Of a stretch of 64,000 nt of DNA, positions 28,340 through 37,612 are shown piece after piece. The stretch's first letter is position 1. The number at the start of each line of letters is the position of its first letter. Source of the stretch: an uncultured virus (IMG/VR IMGVR_UViG_3300028490_000394) (lineage: Duplodnaviria > Heunggongvirae > Uroviricota > Caudoviricetes); IMG/VR virus record IMGVR_UViG_3300028490_000394; one strand, written 5' to 3'. The translations under genes were made by a program, and so were the position numbers. The notes beneath the pieces are model-generated. The model was not told where the DNA came from. It did no database searches and saw nothing but the letters and a program-made list of their open reading frames with translations.

Positions 28340-28505
28340 TTTATTATTTGGCTCTAAGGATTTTCTGAAATCTTTAAAGGCAAGTAAGCTACTTGCACTT
28401 GATAGTCATTATGTCGAATAGACTTAGCTATCATTATACGTATGCCCTCTGTTATAGCTTTTTGGTTCATGTGACCTTAAGCGTTATTACGGTATACTAT
28501 TTCAT

Positions 28506-28592
28506 GTCTTGTTCGTATAGCGGTTAGTACATACAGTTATCGGTCGCCCCTTTAATTGTACAGCGCAGGTTCAAATCCTGTACAGGACACCC
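28506..28592 (+). ncRNA. tRNA-like RNA with enlarged anticodon arm
   Basis: GTCTTGT/ACAGGAC; TACAGTTA/TAATTGTA stem with ~13-nt loop; TTCAAAT. Confidence 0.65.
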
Positions 28593-28750
28593 TTTTAGCT
28601 AAATGAGGATAGTAGGTTTTATAAGCCTTTGGGCTACACTATACCGAAATCGGGAAAACTGCTAAAAGGATCCCCTCGCATGGGGCACTTTTAACTATGA
28701 ATTGCTTTTCATATGAATAATATGTTATACTAAACAAAAAGGAAACTATA

Positions 28751-28783
28751 ATGACTTAGATTAATAACCACTCACCTCCATAA
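28751..28783 (+). CDS. Minigene M-T-(TAG)-I-N-N-H-S-P-P-TAA
   Basis: TGTTATACT promoter and AAGGA RBS at 7-nt spacing. Confidence 0.6.
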
Positions 28784-28852
28784 TTATATATTTAGAACAA
28801 CTACTTTAAACTAGCTCTATTTAACATATATATACATTAAGGAATTAAACAA

Positions 28853-29764
28853 ATGAAACATTTACAAACACTACAATTAAAACTACAAACTACTGCTTCT
28901 GAAATCAGAACACTTAAAAACAACATTAAAGCTCACCAAAGAAAATATGGTAACGCACCTGACGCTTTTACTCGAGAACTTTTAAAATTAACTACATACT
29001 TTATTAATCACCACATTGCATACACTATTCTTAAAAAGAATGCTGGTCAGTTTGAATATGATTATACTTGGACTATGAAACAAGCTATTTCCACTGGGGC
29101 TATTTCTCATGATAAAGAAAATATGCTGCCACCTCTTAATTACACTAAAATAAAAGATATTATCAAATTTGAGTCTGAAGCTGATAAAGCTTGTGATCCT
29201 ATACTTATTACTAGAAATAGATTAAAAGAGCTTCATGAGGATAATAGACAGTTTAAAATGCACTCTAAGCTTCAAGCTAAAGACAAATCTCATAAAGATA
29301 AAGTTTCTTTAAAAAAGTTTGATCCTCAATTTAAAATGAATCATAGTCAGAGTGACGTTCGTTCATTGAATATTGCTCATACTATCTTTAAACGTACTAA
29401 TGGTAATATTCAATTAGATAGAAAATGGATCCAAGAAAAAATAACTGAATATAAAATAGAAACTCTGCCTTTGATTGAGAATAAGGATCGATATGTTCCT
29501 TATGACTTTATTGCTTCTCATTTGGAGCGTATGGCTAGCATGCAGGAACCTACTAGTTCAGAGGGTACTTATATAGCATATACTATATTTGATCGTTCTG
29601 GTGGTAAGGTTATGTTTACTAAAGAATGGATTGGTGAAAAAATTAGAGAATATAGAATTGGTACTACTCCTTATAATAGTGATATTCCTATTGACGCACC
29701 TTTTGAATCTATTGCTTCTCACCTAAAGAATATGGCACAACAAGCTAAAAAAGAGGAGGCGTAA
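28853..29764 (+). CDS. Hypothetical protein with three IA(Y/H)TI repeats
   Basis: HIAYTILKKNAG, NIAHTIFKRTNG, YIAYTIFDRSGG. Confidence 0.8.
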   Translation: MKHLQTLQLKLQTTASEIRTLKNNIKAHQRKYGNAPDAFTRELLKLTTYFINHHIAYTILKKNAGQFEYDYTWTMKQAISTGAISHDKENMLPPLNYTKIKDIIKFESEADKACDPILITRNRLKELHEDNRQFKMHSKLQAKDKSHKDKVSLKKFDPQFKMNHSQSDVRSLNIAHTIFKRTNGNIQLDRKWIQEKITEYKIETLPLIENKDRYVPYDFIASHLERMASMQEPTSSEGTYIAYTIFDRSGGKVMFTKEWIGEKIREYRIGTTPYNSDIPIDAPFESIASHLKNMAQQAKKEEA

Positions 29765-29766
29765 TT

Positions 29767-30063
29767 ATGAGTAGATTATATTGTATTACTAGATCAGATT
29801 TAACACCCGGGCAGAAAACTGCCCAAGCATGTCATGCAGCGGCTCAATATCTTCTTGATAATCCTGATACTGAATGGGATAATGGTTATATTATTTGTCT
29901 TGAGGCAAAGGACCACGACGCATTGCTTACATTACAAGATAGATTAGAATCTAAAGACAAGTTATTCTCTAAATTCTATGAACCTGATATGGACGACGAG
30001 CTTACTGGGATCGCTGCAGTCGACTGTGGTAAGTCTTTTTCTAATTATAAGCTCCTTCGTTAA
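29767..30063 (+). CDS. Peptidyl-tRNA hydrolase Pth2-like protein
   Basis: RSDL-PGQ-AQACHAA, ICL, F-EPD, LT-IA. Confidence 0.8.
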   Translation: MSRLYCITRSDLTPGQKTAQACHAAAQYLLDNPDTEWDNGYIICLEAKDHDALLTLQDRLESKDKLFSKFYEPDMDDELTGIAAVDCGKSFSNYKLLR

Positions 30064-30142
30064 TAATTTTAATAAGTCTTTACCCTTATAACAAGTTACT
30101 GTTCATATCTTTTGAACTTTAAATTTATACAAGGAGTCACTT

Positions 30143-30565
30143 ATGAGTGCACTTATTACAAACAAATCCGGAAAATATTTTAGACATACTGAACTGTCTT
30201 ATTCTAAATTCCCTAAAGCAAAATTCGTTCTTGCTGTTTTCGATCGAGTTATCGATTATTATTTAGACGAATTTCTTGAGTTATATCCTGAGTTTGAAGG
30301 AAAACCTGACGAAATTTCAAACTGGTATTCTGCTGGTATTGGACAAGATTCTCAAAGTACATATTATGTTATGGACTTTAAAATGTTCTATATCAACATT
30401 CAAACCGGTCAAGTACTTTCTGACCATGATTATAACATTCACACTGGTGGAGCTGCTTTCACTGCAAAGCAAGCTTCTGACGTCATGATTATGATTGACT
30501 CTAGTCAACATTCTCACATGGCAAATAAACTATTACCCTCTGCAAAGGAGTTATTATGCAGATAG
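30143..30565 (+). CDS. Hypothetical protein
   Basis: AAGGAG RBS. Confidence 0.72.
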   Translation: MSALITNKSGKYFRHTELSYSKFPKAKFVLAVFDRVIDYYLDEFLELYPEFEGKPDEISNWYSAGIGQDSQSTYYVMDFKMFYINIQTGQVLSDHDYNIHTGGAAFTAKQASDVMIMIDSSQHSHMANKLLPSAKELLCR

Positions 30566-31029
30566 CTATCGTACCATTTTCAACAGTATCACTTTTTGAT
30601 AATTGGAGTGCTGAATTTCAAGTTGGCGGTCGTGAGGCTGTTCAATATGTTGAAGATCTCGCACATGAACTTTCATATGAAAAACTTAAACTTAAACTTA
30701 AAATTAATCTTTGTATTATTGAGTCTAACGTTATCGCGTCTAAGATTGCTCTTCAAAAATGTAAACCTGTTATTAGTGCTGCCATTGGTGGTGTTTCTAA
30801 TCAACCTAATAGAGTTAATCTAGAACTTATTGTTTCATACTTAAAAGCTAGTTTAACACCTGGTAAAGGTAGACTTTATGTTTCATTGGCTGTTTCATTT
30901 ATTTTGATCCATGCTATTAAGAAAAGTGAGGCAGATATTCGTCAGTATATTCAAGAAGAACTTGAAAAAGTTGCTATTCTTGAAGATTCTATCGATAGTA
31001 TTATGCAGCTTCCTGCTTATACCGTTTAA
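30556..31029 (+). CDS. Hypothetical protein
   Basis: AAGGAG RBS, coupled to previous. Confidence 0.72.
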   Translation: MQIAIVPFSTVSLFDNWSAEFQVGGREAVQYVEDLAHELSYEKLKLKLKINLCIIESNVIASKIALQKCKPVISAAIGGVSNQPNRVNLELIVSYLKASLTPGKGRLYVSLAVSFILIHAIKKSEADIRQYIQEELEKVAILEDSIDSIMQLPAYTV

Positions 31030-31057
31030 GACACGAAAGTGTCTTTGGGGTCCTAAT

Positions 31058-31591
31058 CTATTTTAGATCCCCATTATTGAATTTTATATCAAATGATTGA
31101 TCAAATGTTGTACTCGTGTTTAATACTACATGTGCACTATACTCACCCTCTATGATATCCGGCCAATGATATGGATAACATACATTCATTTCCTTGCCAG
31201 GTTTTAACTCATGTGTGAATCCAAAAGAATCAGTACTATAAATTACTGTTTTTAATTTCTCAAAAGATTCCTCTCCTGTTTCTCCCTCTGATAAATATGA
31301 TTTATTTCTTTTTCCTTTTTCACTCTCTATATAAGCCTTTTCTCTAGCTATTGTTACTGGAGTTATGCTTCTCTTACCTACATTTTTTATTCTTAGGTTT
31401 ATACATAGAATTGATATTGACTTTCTTTTTTCTTTTTTTATTGTTTCCATATTGTACTCGTGATATGTAAACCTTGGTGTTGTTACTGATACAGGTGTTA
31501 TCTCTAGGTCTCCTATTTTCATTGTTTTATTGAAGTCCCCTGCTGTTGATAATGTACATACACTTAATAGTGCCAAAATTATGTTTCTCAT
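31058..31591 (-). CDS. Secreted Ig-like (DUF4352-like) protein
   Basis: Signal peptide; INLRIKNVG, ELKPG. Confidence 0.55.
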   Translation of the reverse strand: MRNIILALLSVCTLSTAGDFNKTMKIGDLEITPVSVTTPRFTYHEYNMETIKKEKRKSISILCINLRIKNVGKRSITPVTIAREKAYIESEKGKRNKSYLSEGETGEESFEKLKTVIYSTDSFGFTHELKPGKEMNVCYPYHWPDIIEGEYSAHVVLNTSTTFDQSFDIKFNNGDLK

Positions 31592-31593
31592 GA

Positions 31594-32082
31594 TTAATCC
31601 ATTTCCAGTATTTTTTGACCTGCGTCATATAAACTTCTTTTCTGAATATTTATATCGCTGACTATTTCGTCGTACAAACCAATAACCTCTCCAAGATCTT
31701 TTTGATATTCGTCATACATATCACTTTGATCTAAAAATAACTTTAATGGTGTCTCTCCATTTTTGAATAAATTTATTGATTTACCTTGTTTCCCATTTTT
31801 GTTGACTAGATATATTACATAGTCAGAATCTAACATATTTATATAATGGTATGCCGCACTGGGATTAGTTTCTATGATTTTTAATGTATTTGGGTTTAAT
31901 GTTTTTATTTGGATTATTATTTTTGTAGGGGTTTGTAGTCTCATACCACCTTTATTAAATTTTAGACCTTTGTCTTTTTTAAAATAGAGTGCGTATGCAT
32001 ATAGTTCTAGTTTTTTATCTGTAGTATTATCTTCTGCCCATTTTAGTTTATTAATTAGCTCTAAGTATGTCAATGCTGCCAT
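31594..32082 (-). CDS. Hypothetical protein, paralog of 32699 and 33205
   Basis: LYAYAL...P-K...MY--Y pattern. Confidence 0.72.
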   Translation of the reverse strand: MAALTYLELINKLKWAEDNTTDKKLELYAYALYFKKDKGLKFNKGGMRLQTPTKIIIQIKTLNPNTLKIIETNPSAAYHYINMLDSDYVIYLVNKNGKQGKSINLFKNGETPLKLFLDQSDMYDEYQKDLGEVIGLYDEIVSDINIQKRSLYDAGQKILEMD

Positions 32083-32137
32083 AATATATCCTTTTTATTT
32101 GTAATATATTATAGCTAATTAACGCTTAAACGTCCCT

Positions 32138-32605
32138 TTAATAGGTTGTGTCACATATCCCTGGCACTCCCATTGTCATTTCTCTTATTTTCTCTTTCCC
32201 TTCTTTTTCTGGAATTGTATATAGTCCTGCTCCACCTACAAACACTCCCATTCTTACGTATTGTTCTACAAAGTAATTCTTTCCTTCTTCCATATATACG
32301 TCTATGTCATTTGGACTAAACTCTGACTCTGTTGATACCATATGTGTTTGATTTCCGTCAACTGTTGTATGGAAAAAGATTCCCACTTTTGTTTCACCTA
32401 CACATTGTTTATCTACATACATATCTTTTTTCAATAATACACCAAAGTATCCTGGTCTTAATAGATATAAGCCGGCTTTACCTGCTGGTGGTGGATTAAA
32501 TTCTTTTGCTTTCACTTCTTCTATCATTGACACTGTCGGTACTTTTGCACAACCTGTCAAAACTAAAAATACTGCCATAATTGCTAGTGTAAAAAATTTC
32601 TTCAT
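32138..32605 (-). CDS. DUF2846-like lipoprotein
   Basis: Lipobox LTGC; KAGLY, STESEFSPN, GKNYF. Confidence 0.8.
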   Translation of the reverse strand: MKKFFTLAIMAVFLVLTGCAKVPTVSMIEEVKAKEFNPPPAGKAGLYLLRPGYFGVLLKKDMYVDKQCVGETKVGIFFHTTVDGNQTHMVSTESEFSPNDIDVYMEEGKNYFVEQYVRMGVFVGGAGLYTIPEKEGKEKIREMTMGVPGICDTTY

Positions 32606-32698
32606 TTTATTTTTCCTTGTGTTATTTTATATACGTAGTATATCACAAGGTTGCTTAGAGTTAGCTGGATCTACAGGGATAGATATTATTGAATCTTT

Positions 32699-33193
32699 CT
32701 ATTCTAATTCGAGTATTTCTCTTTTTCTTTGGTGTAGTTTTAAAACATTTCTTTTTAAATTGTTCTGGATCTCTTTTTCTATTGAGTCTATCTCTTTTAA
32801 GTCTTTTTCATATGACTTGTATAAATCTTCAACTGTTAGGAATATGTTTAAGTTAAGATTATTTACTCTAAATCTTGACTTTCCTAATTTTAAAACTCCC
32901 TTTGGATTGTATAATTGGAGTTGAAATAATTCCGCTTTATGTTCTTTTACAAAGTTATTTAATGTATAGTTGTTATTAGTTTCTTTTTCGTCACCGTGCG
33001 TGCAGTTTTTTAGAATGTCTTCTTTTGCTTCCTGATCTATCTCTTTTTTAAACTTTACCAGTATTTTATGAGGGGCAAGTTCTATCTGCTTTTCCTTTGA
33101 TATTAGTATTCTTGTTTTTGTTTTTGCTAGTGTATATGCATATATTTGAATTTCACCTTTTTCCACTACCTCTTTAAATATCTTTTCGTACAT
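32699..33193 (-). CDS. Hypothetical protein (paralog family)
   Basis: Aligns with 33205..33699. Confidence 0.75.
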   Translation of the reverse strand: MYEKIFKEVVEKGEIQIYAYTLAKTKTRILISKEKQIELAPHKILVKFKKEIDQEAKEDILKNCTHGDEKETNNNYTLNNFVKEHKAELFQLQLYNPKGVLKLGKSRFRVNNLNLNIFLTVEDLYKSYEKDLKEIDSIEKEIQNNLKRNVLKLHQRKREILELE

Positions 33194-33204
33194 TTTTATA
33201 CTCC

Positions 33205-33699
33205 TTAAATTATATTGCTTATTGAATCTGATTGTTTGTATAATAATAGTCTTTGTTCAGCTATGTACTCTTCTGCTTCTTTGAATAATAACTCAACCTT
33301 TTCAATCGCTTCGTCATAAGCTTTGTGCATTTCATTTGCGTCGAAGAAGAATCTAGTTTTTACATTACCTTTATTCCATGGCATTTTCTTTGCTGAAATA
33401 TCACCATTTGCCTTGAATGTCTTTACTTCAAAACACTCTGCTTTTATTGAAGTTATAAATTCTTCAAAGGTGTAATACTTTTTATAGCTCGACATTCCTT
33501 TACCAAGATTTTTAAATGACTCGTCTATAATCTCATGTTGTATACCTTCTTTTAATACAAACCTTACTTTTTGTGGTGGAATATTTGTCATTCCATTTCT
33601 TGTAGGTTTAAATAAATTAGCTTTATTCGCTGATAAAGAAAATGCAAACAATTCTACAGATTCTTCTGTTTTTAACTTTTCTAATATCTCTGAGTACAC
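33205..33699 (-). CDS. Hypothetical protein (paralog family)
   Basis: As above. Confidence 0.75.
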   Translation of the reverse strand: MYSEILEKLKTEESVELFAFSLSANKANLFKPTRNGMTNIPPQKVRFVLKEGIQHEIIDESFKNLGKGMSSYKKYYTFEEFITSIKAECFEVKTFKANGDISAKKMPWNKGNVKTRFFFDANEMHKAYDEAIEKVELLFKEAEEYIAEQRLLLYKQSDSISNII

Positions 33700-33700
33700 A

Positions 33701-34420
33701 TTAAGCCTTGTATAATTCTGCTTTGATTGCTAAATCAATTGCTTTATCATTTGCTTTTACAAACGCAGGACCTTTTTCTTTTAAAACTTTTGATTTAAAA
33801 TATCCTAACGTTCTATTATCTTCAGTTAGCTCTATACCCTCGAATAGATTCTTTACATAATCTTCTGCTTCAGTTGTTATTTTAAACGCATATAGAGTAT
33901 CCTCATAAGAGTGTACTAGTGCAAATGAATCTGTTACTATCTCTTTTGCCGCTAAGTTTAATTGTTTACCTAGGAGGTTTAACCCATTCCATTGTGTTGG
34001 ATCTTCTGCTCTTACGTCGTTGTAATGTAATCCAACTCCCCAAATCTTATCTACTGGTGAAGCTTCTACAAACGTTCTATCTCCAAAAAAGAGTAGATCA
34101 TTTCTTAGTTCTTTATTCTGACTGAACTTATAAAAAGAACCCAGAAATACAATCTTTTCTCTATGTTCTATCCATAGCTCTTCTGTAAAACCTTTGACGC
34201 CGCGTCCTAGTGCTTTTTGTTTTTTAGGATCAGTTGTTGCCATGATTGCTTTTAGTGATTCCGTGTCATTAAATAAGCGCGCCTTGTGATAGAACATAAA
34301 CTGTTCCGCTGAACTAAATTCTGTTCCGTCACAGTCTTTAAATGTTGCTTTGTGCCACTGTGAGAATATTGAACCCCAGAACATGAAATATTTTGCTGTG
34401 AATCTAAAACCTTTTGTCAT
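33701..34420 (-). CDS. NADAR (YbiA-like) family protein
   Basis: FSQW, SAEQFM, KALGR, KFSQN, EASPVDKIWGVG, GLNLLG. Confidence 0.92.
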   Translation of the reverse strand: MTKGFRFTAKYFMFWGSIFSQWHKATFKDCDGTEFSSAEQFMFYHKARLFNDTESLKAIMATTDPKKQKALGRGVKGFTEELWIEHREKIVFLGSFYKFSQNKELRNDLLFFGDRTFVEASPVDKIWGVGLHYNDVRAEDPTQWNGLNLLGKQLNLAAKEIVTDSFALVHSYEDTLYAFKITTEAEDYVKNLFEGIELTEDNRTLGYFKSKVLKEKGPAFVKANDKAIDLAIKAELYKA

Positions 34421-34430
34421 TATAATTCCT

Positions 34431-34916
34431 TTATCTTGAATATATGTTTTCTTCAGCTCTTGTAGCTGTGTCTTTATGTGCTGACAGTATATCATTATAT
34501 ACCTTAATAACTTGTATCTTATGTGCTTCTAATTCTAATAACTCTTGCTTGTCTTCTATTTCAACTAGAATATTATTCTCTGAACTTAAAGATAAGTACT
34601 CTCTTACATTTTTAAACTCAATTGGATTTTGAGTCATTTGTAAAAATATTGCTAAATACATTATTTCATACATGTTAGTTTCCCATTTATCTTTATCTTG
34701 ATATTCTGGATCCTCTAACTTTTTTTCTACTTTTAATAAGTCTTTTTCTTCAGAACAGGCCCAGGCTAAATCATATGCAGGCAAATTACCTAGTAGTCTT
34801 GCCTTGTGATATAAAGTGAAGTGTCTTGTACTAAAAAATGACATACCTTTCTTATCTTTGAATAATCTATCTTTATTTGGTGAAAGTATTCCTGTTACAA
34901 ATATTGGTTCTAGCAT
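34431..34916 (-). CDS. Degenerate NADAR-like paralog
   Basis: YHKARL, W..EI..QN match neighbour; EASP-D-WG absent. Confidence 0.55.
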   Translation of the reverse strand: MLEPIFVTGILSPNKDRLFKDKKGMSFFSTRHFTLYHKARLLGNLPAYDLAWACSEEKDLLKVEKKLEDPEYQDKDKWETNMYEIMYLAIFLQMTQNPIEFKNVREYLSLSSENNILVEIEDKQELLELEAHKIQVIKVYNDILSAHKDTATRAEENIYSR

Positions 34917-34930
34917 GGCATGCGCTCCTA

Positions 34931-36148
34931 TTAATTTAGTTCTTTCAAGTCAAAATTTACTTGAGTTGATCCTTCTAACCATTTTACCATACATTCTTTT
35001 GTTTCAATCTCTTTATCACCCAAGATTATTACACATTCTGCATTTTCTTTATTTGCATTCTTGATTATTGTACTTGGACCTCTTGATTTGTAATCCAGGA
35101 ATACTCTCGAGTTCTTCATATTTCTATAATACATTGCTAGTTTCATTAACGTTGGTAATGCCGCTTCTGTCATTACTCCTATATAAATCCCTCTTCTTTT
35201 TTCACTTGACTCTAGAGTCATTCTTTCTATCACTCTATCTATTCCAATTGCAAACCCTACTGCAGGTCTTGATTTACCACCCATTTCTTTTACTAGATTA
35301 TCATATCTACCACCACCCGCTATTGCTTGGCCCTTAGATACAACCTCGAAGACTAACCCATTATAATAGTCTAATCCTCTCACTAGTTTATTGTTTACTC
35401 TAAACTTAATTTTTAGTTCATTTAAAATATTTTTTGTACTAGTCAGCATGTCCGAACAACTATCACATAAACATGATTCAATTACTGGGGCCCCTTTTAG
35501 TTGGCTTTGACATGTGTCTCTTTTACAGTCTAGCATTCTTAATACATTTGTTTCTTTTCTAACTTCACAATCTTCACACAATTCTAATTCTTCAGTAAAT
35601 GTTCTTAGTTTTTGCTTATACACTGGTAGACACTCTTTACAACCTAATGAGTTTATCTCTATTCCTACAGGGATATTAAGTCTTTCAAATATCATAGATA
35701 GCATTGTGATCATTTGAACGTCTTCTAGGTATGAGGCCTCACCGAAACTTTCTGCACCGAATTGTCTGAATTCTCTATATCTTCCTTTTTGTGGTTGTTC
35801 ATATCTAAACATTGAACCAAAATAGAATTGTCTTGTAGTGAATGGTTGTCTATCTAGTTTGTTTTGAATATATGAACGAACGACACCTGCAGTGCCCTCT
35901 GGTCTTAGTGCTACTTCTTTTCCACCATTATCTGTAAAATCATACATTTCTTTTGTTACCATATCAGAACTGTCTTCTTGATTTCTATTGAATAGAGCTA
36001 GCTCTTCTAGTATAGGTGTTTGAACTCTTCCAAAATTACACCCAGACATTACTTCTGTTGCAACTTTAATGAAAGTATCAAATTTTGTTGAATTTTCACC
36101 TGTAATATCTTTCATGCCTTTTAAAGTTTGTATTTGTTTCATTTTCAT
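34931..36148 (-). CDS. hisS: Histidine--tRNA ligase
   Basis: KEMY, LRPEGTA, FRYEQPQKGRYREF, LVRGLDYY, GGGRYD. Confidence 0.96.
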   Translation of the reverse strand: MKMKQIQTLKGMKDITGENSTKFDTFIKVATEVMSGCNFGRVQTPILEELALFNRNQEDSSDMVTKEMYDFTDNGGKEVALRPEGTAGVVRSYIQNKLDRQPFTTRQFYFGSMFRYEQPQKGRYREFRQFGAESFGEASYLEDVQMITMLSMIFERLNIPVGIEINSLGCKECLPVYKQKLRTFTEELELCEDCEVRKETNVLRMLDCKRDTCQSQLKGAPVIESCLCDSCSDMLTSTKNILNELKIKFRVNNKLVRGLDYYNGLVFEVVSKGQAIAGGGRYDNLVKEMGGKSRPAVGFAIGIDRVIERMTLESSEKRRGIYIGVMTEAALPTLMKLAMYYRNMKNSRVFLDYKSRGPSTIIKNANKENAECVIILGDKEIETKECMVKWLEGSTQVNFDLKELN

Positions 36149-36259
36149 GCCTTTTTCTTTTATTTTACCATTATAATAGTTATATCATGCTTAAACATTA
36201 TCCGATTTTTTCTTTTATATATTATATATATAAAATTGTTTTACTATAAGGAGGTTAAC

Positions 36260-36757
36260 ATGAAAAAAGGATTTACGGTTGTCGAGTTACTGTTTGTTAT
36301 GGCTATAATCGCTGTTCTTGCTGGTTTTGCAATTACAAGAATTCAATCTACTCAAAAAGAAACTACAAAAATAGCAATGATAAATGACGCGTTGCTTTTA
36401 GAAAAAATCGTTGCTGAAAATTATGCAAGGTATGGTTTTTATTTAGATAATGGTAATACTGGTGAGACCATATCATTTAATGGTATTCTTGGGCCAGGTC
36501 TTGGAGTTGGTTTGTCTTATGAGGAGAGGCGTTCTAAATTTAAATCTTGGAGTTCTAGCAGTACTAACTCTAACAACTATACTATTTTTCTTAGCCCTGA
36601 TAGAACTCGTTACTTTGGTAGAATTATGAATTTAGAATATCATGACCTTGAAGTTGATTTTGGTAATTACCAATTTTATAGTACTTTTGGACGTAAAAAA
36701 GGTCCTAGAGGTTCTGGGACTACTATTGTTCCAACTAATGGAGCTAGAGTTTGGTAG
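36260..36757 (+). CDS. Type IV pilin-like protein
   Basis: MKKG|FTVVE; AAGGAGG RBS fixes start. Confidence 0.88.
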   Translation: MKKGFTVVELLFVMAIIAVLAGFAITRIQSTQKETTKIAMINDALLLEKIVAENYARYGFYLDNGNTGETISFNGILGPGLGVGLSYEERRSKFKSWSSSSTNSNNYTIFLSPDRTRYFGRIMNLEYHDLEVDFGNYQFYSTFGRKKGPRGSGTTIVPTNGARVW

Positions 36758-36808
36758 TTTATTTTTTTTTAGATATCTGGATATAATGTTAACAAAAAAG
36801 GTTACACC

Positions 36809-37612
36809 ATGAATACTTCTTTCTATTATGCTCCTGCACTCCTAGTTTATCAATATACTGCTTTCTTTTTTGGAGTGTTTTTATTATTTTCTATACTTTA
36901 TTATTATTTAAAACAGCAAATACAAGATAATTCAAAAGCTGCAGTTCTTTTTAAGGAAATTGATTTACAACTTCAAGATTACTTAACCTCTGTTTCTGAG
37001 ACATTACAGGTTCATTATGCTGACAGCGTGCGTTGTGTAACAACATTTTCTCCTCAAGATAGTGGTAATGAACAGACTTTTATTAAAACTACTCAACTAT
37101 TGATTTCTGATATTAAAAACGTTGAGTCTAATAATAACATGGCTTCTTTATTTAGATCTTTATCTATTTTGTATACTAGTAATCGTGACTTAGCTTTCTC
37201 TACAGAGAACTTCTCTAGAGAAACATTATTCAATATTCGTAAGCTTCGTAGAGACTTTTTTGACAATCCTCCATTACTTAAAGGTGAACTATTCAGAAGG
37301 TTCTCTGATAATACTGGTCTCTCTAAGGAATCTCTTTCTAAAAATATTTCTTTTTTTCAAGAAAATATTGATAGATTAGTTTTTACTCTTGAAATTGAAA
37401 ACTATATTATGTCAGAGGAACTTATTTCTGAATACAATAATTTAATTAATCTTCTTGAGAATTATTTATATTTCTTTGAATTATTCGAAATCTCTACAGA
37501 AAACGACTTTGTTAATGATCTTTTATTCTATTCTTCTTGTATATATTTCCTTGAAACAAATCTTAGTGCATATAGTGAAGATTCAATATCTAGGTTAAGT
37601 TATGGAATCTAA
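36809..37612 (+). CDS. Membrane-anchored paralog family member 1
   Basis: N-terminal TM; C-terminal Y..LI..L and D.LFYS...FL. Confidence 0.75.
   Translation: MNTSFYYAPALLVYQYTAFFFGVFLLFSILYYYLKQQIQDNSKAAVLFKEIDLQLQDYLTSVSETLQVHYADSVRCVTTFSPQDSGNEQTFIKTTQLLISDIKNVESNNNMASLFRSLSILYTSNRDLAFSTENFSRETLFNIRKLRRDFFDNPPLLKGELFRRFSDNTGLSKESLSKNISFFQENIDRLVFTLEIENYIMSEELISEYNNLINLLENYLYFFELFEISTENDFVNDLLFYSSCIYFLETNLSAYSEDSISRLSYGI

Noticed and set aside
28595..28665. Hammerhead ribozyme (ATGAG...CGAAA)
   Set aside because: CUGANGA core is absent; only a generic stem-loop is supported
1859..36228. CCGA(T) as a sigma-28 -10 box
   Set aside because: No TAAA at the expected upstream spacing in the copies checked; fixed spacing is instead to a downstream TATATA
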